NCBI GenBank assembly: GCA_964451925.1
Contig: CAYVKA010000019.1
Location: 2,136 to 66,135 of the forward strand
Origin: an uncultured Nevskia sp.
GTDB taxonomy: Bacteria > Pseudomonadota > Gammaproteobacteria > Nevskiales > Nevskiaceae
Direction of reading: 5' to 3'
DNA: 64,000 nt
The notes under the pieces are model-generated. The model was not told the origin of the DNA. It ran no database searches and saw nothing but the letters and a program-made list of their open reading frames with translations. A program made the translations under genes and the position numbers. Positions 1 to 11,166 of the stretch are shown in pieces. Within the stretch, counting starts at the first letter, position 1. The number at the start of each line of letters is the position of its first letter.

Positions 1-408
1 ATCTGCGACGGTGCCAAGCTGTGGGCCTTCGATCCCGATCTCAACCAAGTGACGGTCCGCGAAGCCAAGGCGGCACTGGCCGGTACCCCGGCCGAGCTGC
101 TGTCGCAGAAGGCCGCGCTCAACACCGCCTTCACTGTGAAGGATGCCGGCAACGAGGGCGACACGCGCCTGGTGACGCTGGTGCCCAAGTCGAAGGACAG
201 CGATTTCAAGACCATCGAACTGGCCCTGGACAAGGACGGCGCGCCGCTGCGCATGCGCTTCGCCGACCAGATCGGCGGCCACTCCGAAGTCAGCTTCACC
301 GAGGTGCACACCAACGCCCGGATCGACCCGGCGCAGTTCCAGTTCACCCCGCCCAAGGGCGCGGAGATCGTCAACGACGGCGGCATCACCACCAAGTCGC
401 TGGACTGA
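1..408 (+). CDS. lolA: Outer-membrane lipoprotein chaperone LolA (5' truncated by window)
   Basis: Frame 1 is open from base 1 (ICDGAKLWAFDPDLNQVTVR...) to the stop at 408. It shows the LolA-type W-x-Y/F-D-P-D-L-x-Q-V-T motif and a C-terminal F-x-F-x-P-P-x-G-A-E/D motif, and lies upstream of rarA as in the conserved ftsK-lolA-rarA-serS order. Confidence 0.9.
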   Translation: MCDGAKLWAFDPDLNQVTVREAKAALAGTPAELLSQKAALNTAFTVKDAGNEGDTRLVTLVPKSKDSDFKTIELALDKDGAPLRMRFADQIGGHSEVSFTEVHTNARIDPAQFQFTPPKGAEIVNDGGITTKSLD

Positions 409-450
409 TCCCGGTCCGGAAGGTCCGCCGCCATTCCTGGCCAGACTTCA

Positions 451-1815
451 ATGCAGGATGAACCCGCCGCCCGGCCATCCCCGGCCGGGGATTCGCCGCA
501 GCCGATGTCGGCCGGACACCGGCCTGACCCGGCCCAGCCGCTGGCCGAGCGCATGCGTCCGCGCACGCTGGACGAGGTGGTCGGCCAGCAGCACCTGCTC
601 GCCCCCGGCGCGCCGCTGCGGGTGGCGCTGGAAGCCGGCCGCATCCCCTCGATGGTGTTCTGGGGTCCGCCCGGCGTCGGCAAGACCACGCTGGCCCGCC
701 TCATCGCGGGCTATTCCGCGGCGCAGTTCCTGACCCTGTCGGCGGTGATGGCCGGAGTCAAGGACATCCGCGAGGCCACCGCCGAGGCGCGCGCCGCGCT
801 GCAGGCGCAGCCGCCGCGGCGCACGGTGCTGTTCGTCGACGAAATCCATCGCTTCAACAAGAGCCAGCAGGATGCGCTGCTGCCCTATGTCGAGGACGGC
901 ACCATCATCCTGGTCGGCGCCACCACCGAAAACCCCAGCTTCGAGCTCAACGGCGCCTTGCTGTCGCGGCTGCGCGTGTTCGTGCTGCGCTCGCTGGACG
1001 AGGCGGTGATCCGCGAGCTGCTGCTGCGCGCCCTGGTCGATCCACAGCGCGGCCTGGGCGAGAGCGCCGACGCCGTCCCGCCGCGCTGGATCGAGCGCAT
1101 CGCCGAAAGCGCCGACGGCGACGCCCGCCGTTCGCTGATCCTGCTGGAGACCGCCGTCGAGCTGTCCCGCGCCGCCGGTGAAAAGAACGACGAGCTGCTG
1201 GAGAAGCTGATCGGCCGCGGCCTGCGCCGCTTCGACAAGCAGGGCGAGAACTTCTACGACCAGATCTCCGCCCTGCACAAATCGGTGCGCGGCAGCGACC
1301 CGGACGGCGCGCTGTACTGGTTCGCGCGCATGCTCGACGGCGGCGTCGACCCGGTCTACATCGCGCGCCGCGTGCTGCGCATGAGCATCGAGGACATCGG
1401 CCTGGCCGACCCGCGCGCCCAGCGCATCTGCCTGGATGCCTGGGACAGCTGGGAACGCCTCGGCAGCCCTGAAGGCGAGCTGGCCCTGGCCGTCGCCGTC
1501 ACCTACCTCGCCGTGGCGGCGAAAAGCAACGCCGTCTACAAGGCCTACGGCGAGGTGCGCGCGGTGGTCGAGCGGCAGGGCACCCTGGAAGTGCCGATGC
1601 ACCTGCGCAACGCCCCCACAAAGCTGATGAAGGGCCTCGGCTACGGCCAGGGCTACCGCTACGACCACGAGGAAGCGGACGCCCATGCCGCGGGCCAGCA
1701 GTACCTGCCCGACGCCCTGGTCGGCAGCGAGTTCTATACCCCCAGCGGACGCGGCCTGGAAGGCAAGATCGCCGAGAAACTGGCGCAGTTGCGGGCCGCC
1801 AACAAGCGCGGCTAG
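451..1815 (+). CDS. rarA: Replication-associated recombination protein A (MgsA/RarA AAA+ ATPase)
   Basis: PLAERMRPRTLDEVVGQ, Walker A GPPGVGKTT, Walker B VDEIHRFNKSQQD, ATTENPSFE, ISALHKSVRGSD. Confidence 0.97.
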   Translation: MQDEPAARPSPAGDSPQPMSAGHRPDPAQPLAERMRPRTLDEVVGQQHLLAPGAPLRVALEAGRIPSMVFWGPPGVGKTTLARLIAGYSAAQFLTLSAVMAGVKDIREATAEARAALQAQPPRRTVLFVDEIHRFNKSQQDALLPYVEDGTIILVGATTENPSFELNGALLSRLRVFVLRSLDEAVIRELLLRALVDPQRGLGESADAVPPRWIERIAESADGDARRSLILLETAVELSRAAGEKNDELLEKLIGRGLRRFDKQGENFYDQISALHKSVRGSDPDGALYWFARMLDGGVDPVYIARRVLRMSIEDIGLADPRAQRICLDAWDSWERLGSPEGELALAVAVTYLAVAAKSNAVYKAYGEVRAVVERQGTLEVPMHLRNAPTKLMKGLGYGQGYRYDHEEADAHAAGQQYLPDALVGSEFYTPSGRGLEGKIAEKLAQLRAANKRG

Positions 1816-1896
1816 GTAGACGGCTCACCTTCGCCGGCGCCCGCTTGCCGGCGGTGTGGAGGGGGCTCCGCCGGTCGCCGCCGCGGCCGCAAGCCA

Positions 1897-1910
1897 TTGA
1901 TATGGATCAA
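1897..1910. promoter_or_regulatory. FNR/Anr-family binding site (TTGAT-N4-ATCAA)
   Basis: TTGATATGGATCAA is a perfect match to the FNR consensus, extending to CATTGAT-ATGG-ATCAATG. It is intergenic, about 90 bp upstream of the diguanylate cyclase ATG. Confidence 0.75.
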
Positions 1911-1997
1911 TGCGTGGGGGCCCCGCTGGTGTGATAAATGCCGCAGTCATACTGGTATTCACCTGCCCTCTGCCCCGGACGGACGGCGAGAATTCAC

Positions 1998-3233
1998 ATG
2001 AGCACGGTTCCCCCCATCAAGCAGAACGCTTCGGGCGCCCAGCGGGTGCCGAGGCCGTTCGCGCCGGCGGGGGATGCCGGTTCGCTGGAGGGGCGCCGCT
2101 GGCTGCTGCGTTTCGAGCCGGAGCTCGAGGCGCAGTTCCTGCTCGACCGCGCCGCCCACCATCTGCTGCTGTCGCGGGTGAACCTGTGGCTGGCCTGCGT
2201 TCTTTACGCCTCCTTCATCTTCTTCGACACCCTGGTGCTGCGGCATCTCGACTCCTGGCTGCACCAGGTGGTCTATTTCGTGCTCCTGCCACCGTGCGTC
2301 CTCGGTGCCATGGCGACCCATGTTCCGCGCCTGCAGCGGTATACCCTCACCATCAATGCCTGGGTGGCGCTGCTCACCGGTCCGACCCTGGCGATGCTGG
2401 TTGCCGAAGGCTCGTCACCCGGTGCCGAGGTGGGATATCAGGCGCTGATCCTGCACTACATCTACCTGTTCGCCCTGTTCGGCCTGCCGTATTGGCAGGC
2501 GGCCGGAATCGCCGGCCTGAGCTACCTGATCTGCGTGGTGGGTGAGGGCCTGGCGGGAGCCGATCCGACGTTGCGCTTCTACCATGCCTTCTTCCTCGGC
2601 AGCATCGTGGCGGTTTGCGTCATCGTCGCGTATCTGCAGGAGACGACGCAGCGCTGTTCCTGGCTGCAGACGCGCAAGCTCAAGTACCTGTCTTCGCACG
2701 ATCCGCTGACCGGCCTGCTCAATCACCGCGCGTTCTTCGAGCGCAGCGAGCTGTTGTTGCGGCAGGCGCAGCGCCAGGGGGATTCCATCGCGTTCCTGTT
2801 CGTCGACGTCGACAACTTCAAGGCGTTCAACGACCAGCATGGCCATGCGGTCGGCGACGAACTGCTGCGGCGCTGCGGCGCGGCGATCTCGGCGCTGGTC
2901 GGCCGGCCGTTCGACATGGCCGCGCGCCTGGGCGGCGACGAATTCATCCTGGTGCTGTACGGCACCTCGCAAGACGGCGCGCGGGGGCTTGCCGATCAGT
3001 TGCGCCGCAGTGTTTCGGCGATGCACTTCGGAGCGGCCGGTGTCCCCCAGTCGCAGGCCACGGTGAGCATCGGCATTCAGGTCGCGCCTCCCGGCGCCTC
3101 GACCACCCTGCACGAGCTGATCGGCAAGGCCGATGCCGAGATGTACCGGGTCAAGGCGGGCGGCCGAAGCGGTTGGCAGCTGATTGCCGGAAACCGCAAG
3201 GCGGCGGCCTGGGACGGGGACAGACCCGGTTAG
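1998..3233 (+). CDS. Membrane-anchored diguanylate cyclase (about 6 TM helices + GGDEF)
   Basis: Hydrophobic N-terminal half, then HDPLTGLLN, DVDNFKAFNDQHGHAVGDELL, an intact RLGGDEF, and an RxxD I-site (RPFD) five residues upstream. Start chosen at ATG 1998; ORF track starts at 1938. Confidence 0.92.
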   Translation: MSTVPPIKQNASGAQRVPRPFAPAGDAGSLEGRRWLLRFEPELEAQFLLDRAAHHLLLSRVNLWLACVLYASFIFFDTLVLRHLDSWLHQVVYFVLLPPCVLGAMATHVPRLQRYTLTINAWVALLTGPTLAMLVAEGSSPGAEVGYQALILHYIYLFALFGLPYWQAAGIAGLSYLICVVGEGLAGADPTLRFYHAFFLGSIVAVCVIVAYLQETTQRCSWLQTRKLKYLSSHDPLTGLLNHRAFFERSELLLRQAQRQGDSIAFLFVDVDNFKAFNDQHGHAVGDELLRRCGAAISALVGRPFDMAARLGGDEFILVLYGTSQDGARGLADQLRRSVSAMHFGAAGVPQSQATVSIGIQVAPPGASTTLHELIGKADAEMYRVKAGGRSGWQLIAGNRKAAAWDGDRPG

Positions 3234-3267
3234 ACCCGTCGCCCGATCCCGGATGGCGTGATCGGCC

Positions 3268-4167
3268 TCAGGAAGCGGCCTTGGCCGCCACCGCCACCGT
3301 GCCCGGGTGCGGCCGGTTCTCCAGCTGCCCGAGGTGTTCGCGCACGCGCCTGGCATCGGCGAAGCGGGTCAGCGTGCCGAAGGAATTCAGGAACACCAGC
3401 GACAGGTTGCGGTGCAGCGTGCTCGCCCGCATCACCAGGCAGCGCCCGGCTTCGTTGGTGAAGCCGGTTTTCTGCAGTTCGATATCCCAGTCGCTGCTGT
3501 TGCGCACCATGCGATTGGTACTGACGAACTTCATCGGATGGCCGTGCACCAGCACGGTCTCCTCCGCCCGGGTCGAATCGCGGCGGATCAGCGGCTGCGC
3601 GTCGGCGGCGTTCACCAGGCGCAGCAGGTCGTGGGCGGTGGAGGTGGTGTCGCTGGAAAGGCCCGCCGGATCGGCGAAGTGGCTCGACGTCATGCCCAGC
3701 GCGCGCGCCTTGGCGTTCATCGCGGCGACGAAGGCCGGGCGTCCGCCGGGATAGCCCTCGCTCAGCGCCATCGCCGCCCGGTTTTCGGAAGCCATCAGCG
3801 CCAGCAGCAGCATGTTGGCCCGGCTCAGGCGAGTGCCCACCCTGAGCCGCGAACGGGTGTGCTTCTCCCGGTCGACATCGTCATCGCTGATCTCGAGTAC
3901 CTGGTCCATCGGCTGGTGCGCATCGAGCACCACCAGCGCCGTCATCAGCTTGGTCAGCGATGCGATCGGCATCACCACGTCGGCGTTCTTCGAAATCAGG
4001 GCCTCGCCGGTATCCCGGTCCACCACCAGTACCGCGCGGGACCTCAGCGACGGATCGCCGGAAGCCAGCGCCGGGGCCGGGCCGAACGCCAGCAGGATGG
4101 CCAGGGCTCCGATGAGACCATACAGGCCCCGCAGGGCTGCTTGAAGCGGACGCGATGAGGAGCGCAC
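3268..4167 (-). CDS. pbpG: D-alanyl-D-alanine endopeptidase (PBP7, peptidase S11)
   Basis: SxxK (ASLTKLM), SxN (SEN) and KTG (KTGFTNEAGRCL) motifs with an N-terminal signal/anchor. GTG start at 4167 inferred. Confidence 0.88.
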   Translation of the reverse strand: MRSSSRPLQAALRGLYGLIGALAILLAFGPAPALASGDPSLRSRAVLVVDRDTGEALISKNADVVMPIASLTKLMTALVVLDAHQPMDQVLEISDDDVDREKHTRSRLRVGTRLSRANMLLLALMASENRAAMALSEGYPGGRPAFVAAMNAKARALGMTSSHFADPAGLSSDTTSTAHDLLRLVNAADAQPLIRRDSTRAEETVLVHGHPMKFVSTNRMVRNSSDWDIELQKTGFTNEAGRCLVMRASTLHRNLSLVFLNSFGTLTRFADARRVREHLGQLENRPHPGTVAVAAKAAS

Positions 4168-4255
4168 GTGTTGATTACGGCTCTGGTGGCGGATTAAAGG
4201 CAAAACTCTAACATCCCGACTGGCGTTTGTCCCGGTGCCGCGCCCCGCCTTGCGG

Positions 4256-4723
4256 CTACTGCGGCGCGGAGTCCACCTTCCAGCCGCCGGCATCGAGCTT
4301 GAAGGTGGCCTGGCCCGGCCGTTCGACCCGGTCGACGCCGCCGCTCTCCGCCCTCCACTTGTCCAGGTGCGTCTTCAAGGCCTTGAACAGCGGGGTGATG
4401 GGTTCGTGCGCCTCCATCTTGGCGTAGTCCTTGAGCCAGGCCACCGACATGTCGTTGTCGAAATGGCGATCGTGGTTGTAGTCCACGGTCGCGCTGTTGC
4501 TGCCCATCACGATGCGCGTGACCCTGGGCTTGTAGATGCACATCGACTTGCCGTCGATATCGGCAAAGTCAGGCTCGCCCTGCTCGGTGTAGTAGGTTCC
4601 GCAGTCGTCCTTCATGAACGGCTGCAGCAACTCCTCGGCCTTGGCCGCGGTGAGATCGTCCGCCATGCAATGCGCGCTCATGACCATGGCCACCAGCGCC
4701 CCTGCCGCATAAATAGTTTTCAC
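4256..4723 (-). CDS. Hypothetical secreted protein (155 aa)
   Basis: GTG start gives MKTIYAAGALVAMVMSAHCMA-DD, a Sec-type signal peptide. Codon usage is host-like. No family recognised. Confidence 0.65.
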   Translation of the reverse strand: MKTIYAAGALVAMVMSAHCMADDLTAAKAEELLQPFMKDDCGTYYTEQGEPDFADIDGKSMCIYKPRVTRIVMGSNSATVDYNHDRHFDNDMSVAWLKDYAKMEAHEPITPLFKALKTHLDKWRAESGGVDRVERPGQATFKLDAGGWKVDSAPQ

Positions 4724-4876
4724 GAAAAGCCTCGTTTTTGCCCCAGCCGATGCGGCGGGCTCTGTGACCCGCTCAGCCAGAAAGTAGCAAATACCACGCC
4801 AGTTATCGGGCAAGGGGTCTGGAACCGCGCCGCCGCAACTTGCCGCGGAAGCTGCGCCCCCGCTAAGCTGCCGGGC

Positions 4877-4929
4877 AGGAGATGGCATACCTCCTCGAAC
4901 CGCCGGCTGCGCCGGCTGATGATGCCTAC
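4877..4929 (+). ncRNA. Fluoride riboswitch (crcB RNA motif)
   Basis: AGGAG-ATGGCATAC-CTCCT stem, AACCGCC, GCCGGC hairpin and CTGATGATGCCTAC 3' end. GGCAT (4884-4888) can pair with ATGCC (4922-4926) as the pseudoknot. Directly upstream of crcB. Confidence 0.93.
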
Positions 4930-5026
4930 AGACCGCGCACCAGCGCGGCGGCATCGTCGCGTCGATCCACGCATGAGCCGCCCCGCCTGTGCACGCCGCA
5001 GAAGGATCGGCAGGAAGGATCGACAG

Positions 5027-5428
5027 ATGAATGTTTCCGCACTGTTCGCCGTGGGTACCGGTTCCGTACTGGGCGCCTGGCTGCGCTGGTGGCTGGGCCT
5101 GCGCCTCAACGCCCTGTTTCCGACCCTGCCGCTGGGCACCCTGGCCGCCAACCTGATCGGCGGCTATGTCATCGGCGTCGCCCTGGGCACGCTGACGCAC
5201 AACCTGGGCCTGTCGCCGCAGGCGCGCCTGTTCGTCATGACCGGCTTCTGCGGCGGTCTCACCACCTTTTCCACCTTTTCCGCGGAAACCTATACCTTGC
5301 TGGCGCGCGGCCAGCTGGCCTGGGGCCTGGGCGAAATCGCCATCCACGTCATTGGCTCGCTGGTGGCGACGGCCCTGGGTGTACTCTCCGTGCAGCTGCT
5401 CCGTTTGTCCGCGGGAGGTGCCTCATGA
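5027..5428 (+). CDS. crcB: Fluoride efflux channel CrcB/FluC
   Basis: GAWLRW, GTLAANLIG, TGFCGGLTTFSTFSAE signature, 4 TM helices, riboswitch upstream. Confidence 0.96.
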   Translation: MNVSALFAVGTGSVLGAWLRWWLGLRLNALFPTLPLGTLAANLIGGYVIGVALGTLTHNLGLSPQARLFVMTGFCGGLTTFSTFSAETYTLLARGQLAWGLGEIAIHVIGSLVATALGVLSVQLLRLSAGGAS

Positions 5429-5832
5429 GCCCCAGCAATGGCCGGCCGGCAGTACGCGACTGGAAGGCGCACAGCGTGGAAGGCGTGTTCCTGCGCTTCG
5501 TGGTCCACGAAAACCGCTTGTTCCGGGGCAAGCCGGTCTATGAGTGGCTGCTGCTCGAAGCGCGCAAGCTGGGCATTCCGGGCGGCTGCGCCTTTCGCGG
5601 CATCTGCGGCTACGGCCGGCATGGTGTGCTGCACGAAGAGCATTTCTTCGAGCTGGCCGCGGCGCTGCCGGTGGAAGTGCGCTTCGTCTGCAGCGAGGAA
5701 CAGGCAGGCGGCCTGCTCGACGCGGTGGAGGAGGCCGAGCTGTCGCTGTTCTATGCCCTGTCGCCGACCCGCTACGGCGTGGCCGGCGTCGAAAAGGACG
5801 AGTGGTCCACGGTGATGCCGCCGATGTTCTAG
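5425..5832 (+). CDS. DUF190 / PII-like protein (COG1993)
   Basis: ATGA overlap with the crcB stop. Contains LRFVVHE...YEWLLLEARKLGIPGGCAFRGICGYG...LAAALPVEV, typical of DUF190 partners of crcB. Confidence 0.85.
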   Translation: MSPSNGRPAVRDWKAHSVEGVFLRFVVHENRLFRGKPVYEWLLLEARKLGIPGGCAFRGICGYGRHGVLHEEHFFELAAALPVEVRFVCSEEQAGGLLDAVEEAELSLFYALSPTRYGVAGVEKDEWSTVMPPMF

Positions 5833-6074
5833 CGAGCAATCCAGCGCCCGGCGCTCCGGCGCCCGGCAAGCCGGCCGGAGGGTTCTTCTTCGCCACCAGA
5901 CCCGTGCGGCGGTCTGCCACTCACACGGCGCCATCGATCAGGCGCAATATTCGGATCGGGTGGTGCCGGCACTGGCTGCCAGCGCCTCGTCCTGCGCCGG
6001 TACGCGCTGACGCAGGACGAGGCAGTCGCCGAGGCCGCCGCGCCGCCGCTGCCTGACCGGTCAGGAGGTACGCC

Positions 6075-7888
<1,814 letters not shown>

Positions 7889-7994
7889 ACGCCGCTTCCC
7901 GGTGATTTGGCGCCGGAACAGGTAAAATGCCGGCGCAATCTCGTCGCCGCGGTTCGTTGGCGCTCAGAGCCACCCGTTCCCTGCAGAGATCACG

Positions 7995-9836
7995 ATGTCC
8001 ACCGACGTAGCCGATGATGTTGCCGTTGCCGGCCCCCTGTTTTCCGATCTGGCCCTGAGCCAGGAGGTGCTGAGGGCGCTCGCCGATGTCGGCTACGAAT
8101 CGCCTTCGCCGATCCAGGCGGCGACCATTCCGCACCTGCTCCAAGGCAGCGACGTGCTGGGCCAGGCCCAGACCGGCACCGGCAAGACCGCCGCCTTCGC
8201 CCTGCCGATCCTGTCGAAGATCGACCTCAGCCGCAGGAGCACGCAGCCGCAGGCGCTGGTGCTGGCGCCGACGCGCGAACTGGCGATCCAGGTGGCGGAG
8301 GCCTTCCAGCGCTACGCCAAGCACCTGCCGGGCTTCCACGTGCTGCCGATCTACGGCGGCCAGGCCTACGGCCCGCAGCTGTCGGCGCTCAAGCGCGGCG
8401 TGCACGTGGTGGTCGGCACTCCGGGCCGCGTCATCGACCACATGCAGCGCGGCACCCTCAAGCTCGACCAGATCAGCTGCCTGGTACTGGACGAGGCCGA
8501 CGAGATGCTGCGCATGGGCTTCATCGACGACGTCGAAAGCATCCTGCAGAAAACCCCGCCGCAGCGCCAGGTGGCGCTGTTCTCGGCCACCATGCCCTCG
8601 GCCATCCGGCGCATCGCGCAGACCTATCTGCGGTCGCCGGCCGAAGTCACCATCAAGAGCAAGACCAGCACCGCGACCAACATCCGCCAGCGCTACTGGC
8701 TGGTCAGCGGCACCAACAAGCTCGACGCCCTGACCCGCATCCTCGAAGCCGAGCCGTTCGACGGCATGCTGATCTTCGCCCGCACCAAGGCCGGCACGGT
8801 GGAACTGGCGGAGCGCCTGGAAGCGCGCGGCTACAACGTGGCGGCGCTCAACGGCGACATGGAGCAGAAGCAGCGCGAACGCACCGTGGCGCGGCTCAAG
8901 GACGGCCAGATCGACATCGTCGTCGCCACCGACATCGCCGCGCGCGGCCTCGACGTCGAGCGCATCAGCCACGTCTTCAACTACGACGTCCCCACCGACA
9001 CCGAGTCCTACGTCCACCGCATCGGCCGCACCGGCCGCGCCGGGCGCAGCGGCGAGGCGATCCTGTTCATCTCGCCGCGCGAGCGGCACCTGTTGCGCGC
9101 CATCGAGCGCGCCACGCGCCAGCCGATCACGCCGATGGAGCTGCCCAGCGCGGACGCCGTCAACGACCAGCGCGTGGTCCGCTTCAAGCAGAAGATCACC
9201 GCCGCGCTGGAAGCCACCGACATCGGTCCGTTCCGCGAACTGGTCGAGCAATACGAGCAGGAGCACAACGTCCCGGCGATCGAGATCGCCGCCGCGCTGG
9301 CGCGCCTGGTGCAGGGCGACCGCCCGCTGCTGCTCAAGCCCAACGCCGGCGGTGGCGTGCCGGTGGCCGCGCCGTCGCGACTGGTGCACACCGTGCTGGC
9401 GGGCCCCGATCATGCCGCGCCGCGCCGCGAGGAATCGTCCCGCCCGGCCGCCGGGCACCCGCCGCGCCCGCGCGACGAAGGGGTGCGGCCGCAGGAAAGG
9501 CCCGCCCGCGAGCGGCGCCGCGAGGCCGACGAGCAGGTGGAGAAGGAGACCTTCCGCATCGAGGTCGGCAGCGTGCACGGCGTCAAGCCGGGCAATATCG
9601 TCGGCGCCATCGCCAACGAGGCCGGCATCGACAGCGAGTACATCGGCCGCATCGAGATTCTCGAGGAACACAGCTTCATCGACCTGCCCACCGGCATGCC
9701 GAAGAAGATCTTCAAGGATCTGCAGAAGGTCTGGGTCAGCGGCCGCCAGCTGCGTATCAGCCGCAAGGACGTCGCCGGCAACCCGTATGGCGATGTGCCG
9801 CCGAAGCACGGCAAGCCGAAGCACAAGCCGCGATAG
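7995..9836 (+). CDS. deaD: ATP-dependent DEAD-box RNA helicase DeaD/CsdA
   Basis: AQTGTGKT, PTRELA, DEAD, SAT, HRIGRTGRAG motifs and a C-terminal DbpA RNA-binding domain (GNIVGAIANE). Confidence 0.95.
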   Translation: MSTDVADDVAVAGPLFSDLALSQEVLRALADVGYESPSPIQAATIPHLLQGSDVLGQAQTGTGKTAAFALPILSKIDLSRRSTQPQALVLAPTRELAIQVAEAFQRYAKHLPGFHVLPIYGGQAYGPQLSALKRGVHVVVGTPGRVIDHMQRGTLKLDQISCLVLDEADEMLRMGFIDDVESILQKTPPQRQVALFSATMPSAIRRIAQTYLRSPAEVTIKSKTSTATNIRQRYWLVSGTNKLDALTRILEAEPFDGMLIFARTKAGTVELAERLEARGYNVAALNGDMEQKQRERTVARLKDGQIDIVVATDIAARGLDVERISHVFNYDVPTDTESYVHRIGRTGRAGRSGEAILFISPRERHLLRAIERATRQPITPMELPSADAVNDQRVVRFKQKITAALEATDIGPFRELVEQYEQEHNVPAIEIAAALARLVQGDRPLLLKPNAGGGVPVAAPSRLVHTVLAGPDHAAPRREESSRPAAGHPPRPRDEGVRPQERPARERRREADEQVEKETFRIEVGSVHGVKPGNIVGAIANEAGIDSEYIGRIEILEEHSFIDLPTGMPKKIFKDLQKVWVSGRQLRISRKDVAGNPYGDVPPKHGKPKHKPR

Positions 9837-9914
9837 CCCGCGGCGTCGCGTCGCGCCCGACTGCCGGAACCGTTCCCGCCGCAACGGTCCTGGCCGGCAC
9901 GGCCGGCTGCAAGC

Positions 9915-10346
9915 TCAGCGCCCGCGCTGGAAATCCGATTTGCCGCCGGTCTTCTTCAACAGCAGCACCTCGCGGATCACCAGATCGGTGCCGGCGTGCG
10001 GCTTGAGCATGTCGTACAGGGTCAGGGCGCAGATGCTGGCGGCGGTCAGCGCCTCCATTTCCACGCCGGTGCGCGCGTGGGTCGCCACTTCCACGGTGAC
10101 CTTGACGCTGTCCTCGCCGAACTCGTAGCTCAGGTCGTGCCGTTCGATCGGCAGCGGATGGCATAGCGGCAGCAGTTCCCAGGTGCGCTTGGCGCCGAGG
10201 ATGGCGGCGGCGCGGGCGATCTCCAGCGCATCGCCCTTGTCCAGCGTGCGGGCCCGCAGGCGCTGCAGAACCGCCGCGGGCATCTCGACGATGGCCTGGG
10301 CCACGGCCACACGCAGGGTCACGGCTTTTTCGCTGACGTCTCTCAT
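9915..10346 (-). CDS. moaC: Cyclic pyranopterin monophosphate synthase MoaC
   Basis: MRDVSEK, LLPLCHP, TGVEMEALTA, LYDMLK, KTGGKS. Confidence 0.95.
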   Translation of the reverse strand: MRDVSEKAVTLRVAVAQAIVEMPAAVLQRLRARTLDKGDALEIARAAAILGAKRTWELLPLCHPLPIERHDLSYEFGEDSVKVTVEVATHARTGVEMEALTAASICALTLYDMLKPHAGTDLVIREVLLLKKTGGKSDFQRGR

Positions 10347-10783
10347 GATTCCTTCACGTTCTTGATCGGGGTGCCTTCCAGGAAGCGCGCCGCGCCGTCG
10401 GTGTAACGCTCCTCCTTCCAGATCGGCACGCTCTGCTTCAGCGTGTCGATGGCCCAGCGGCAGGCGGCGAAGGCTTCGGCACGGTGGCCGGCGCGGACCA
10501 CGATGATGACGCTGGCCTCGCCCACCCTCAACTCGCCCACGGCGTGCGCCACGCTGACCTCGGCGCCGAAACGCTGCGCCGCCTCGGCCTCGATCTCGGC
10601 CAGGCGGCGCTCGGCCAGCGCGGTGTGCGCATGGTAGTGGATGCCGCTGACGCTGCGGCCTTCGTGCATGTCGCGCACGGTGCCGGCGAACACCGCCAGT
10701 CCGCCGCAGTGCGGGGGCATGGGCTGCGCCAGCCACTCGGCGAGGTTGAGGGCGCCCCGGCGCAGACGGGAAGTTTCGCTCAT
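10343..10783 (-). CDS. moaE: Molybdopterin synthase catalytic subunit MoaE
   Basis: VFAGTVRD, HAVGELRVGEAS, HRAEAF, DTLKQSVPIWKEE; overlaps the moaC start by 4 bp. Confidence 0.93.
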   Translation of the reverse strand: MSETSRLRRGALNLAEWLAQPMPPHCGGLAVFAGTVRDMHEGRSVSGIHYHAHTALAERRLAEIEAEAAQRFGAEVSVAHAVGELRVGEASVIIVVRAGHRAEAFAACRWAIDTLKQSVPIWKEERYTDGAARFLEGTPIKNVKES

Positions 10784-10791
10784 GGCCTCGC

Positions 10792-11037
10792 TCACCCCCC
10801 GCTGACCGGCGGAATCAGCGCCAGGCGCTCGCCTTCGGACAGCGCGTGGCCGCTGTCCACGATGTCGTCGCCGACGGCCACCGCCACGGTATCGCGGCGC
10901 GCCGCCAGTTCCGGGTAGCGCTCCGCCAGCCGGCGCATGGCATCGGCCACCGTGGCGCTTTCGGCCAGATCCAGGCTGAGCAGTTCGGCCCCGCACCAGC
11001 GCTGCGAAGCGCCGTAGCATTCAACGGTGATTCTCAT
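10792..11037 (-). CDS. moaD: Molybdopterin synthase sulfur carrier MoaD
   Basis: 81-aa ubiquitin-like protein ending ALIPPVSGG (di-glycine). Confidence 0.93.
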   Translation of the reverse strand: MRITVECYGASQRWCGAELLSLDLAESATVADAMRRLAERYPELAARRDTVAVAVGDDIVDSGHALSEGERLALIPPVSGG

Positions 11038-11166
11038 GGTTCCTATCCAGGGTGTTTGCGCCATTCCGGCCTGACCGTGTCCAGTTTGATCAGCCGCCCG
11101 CCATCCCCCGCGGGGCGTTCGAGCTGGCCGGCGGCGGCCGGGAGTCGTCGCCAGGAGTGCGACCTC

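Noticed and set aside
5933-5950. FNR-like site upstream of the USP gene (TCGAT-cagg-CGCAA)
   Set aside because: Only 7 of 10 consensus positions match; too weak in GC-rich DNA.
9837-9914. Hairpin between convergent deaD and moaC as a terminator
   Set aside because: The stem is imperfect and there is no U-tract on either strand.
11038-11166. Possible Moco riboswitch in the moaA-moaD gap or upstream of moaA
   Set aside because: I could not find the conserved Moco-motif elements; a covariance-model scan would settle it.
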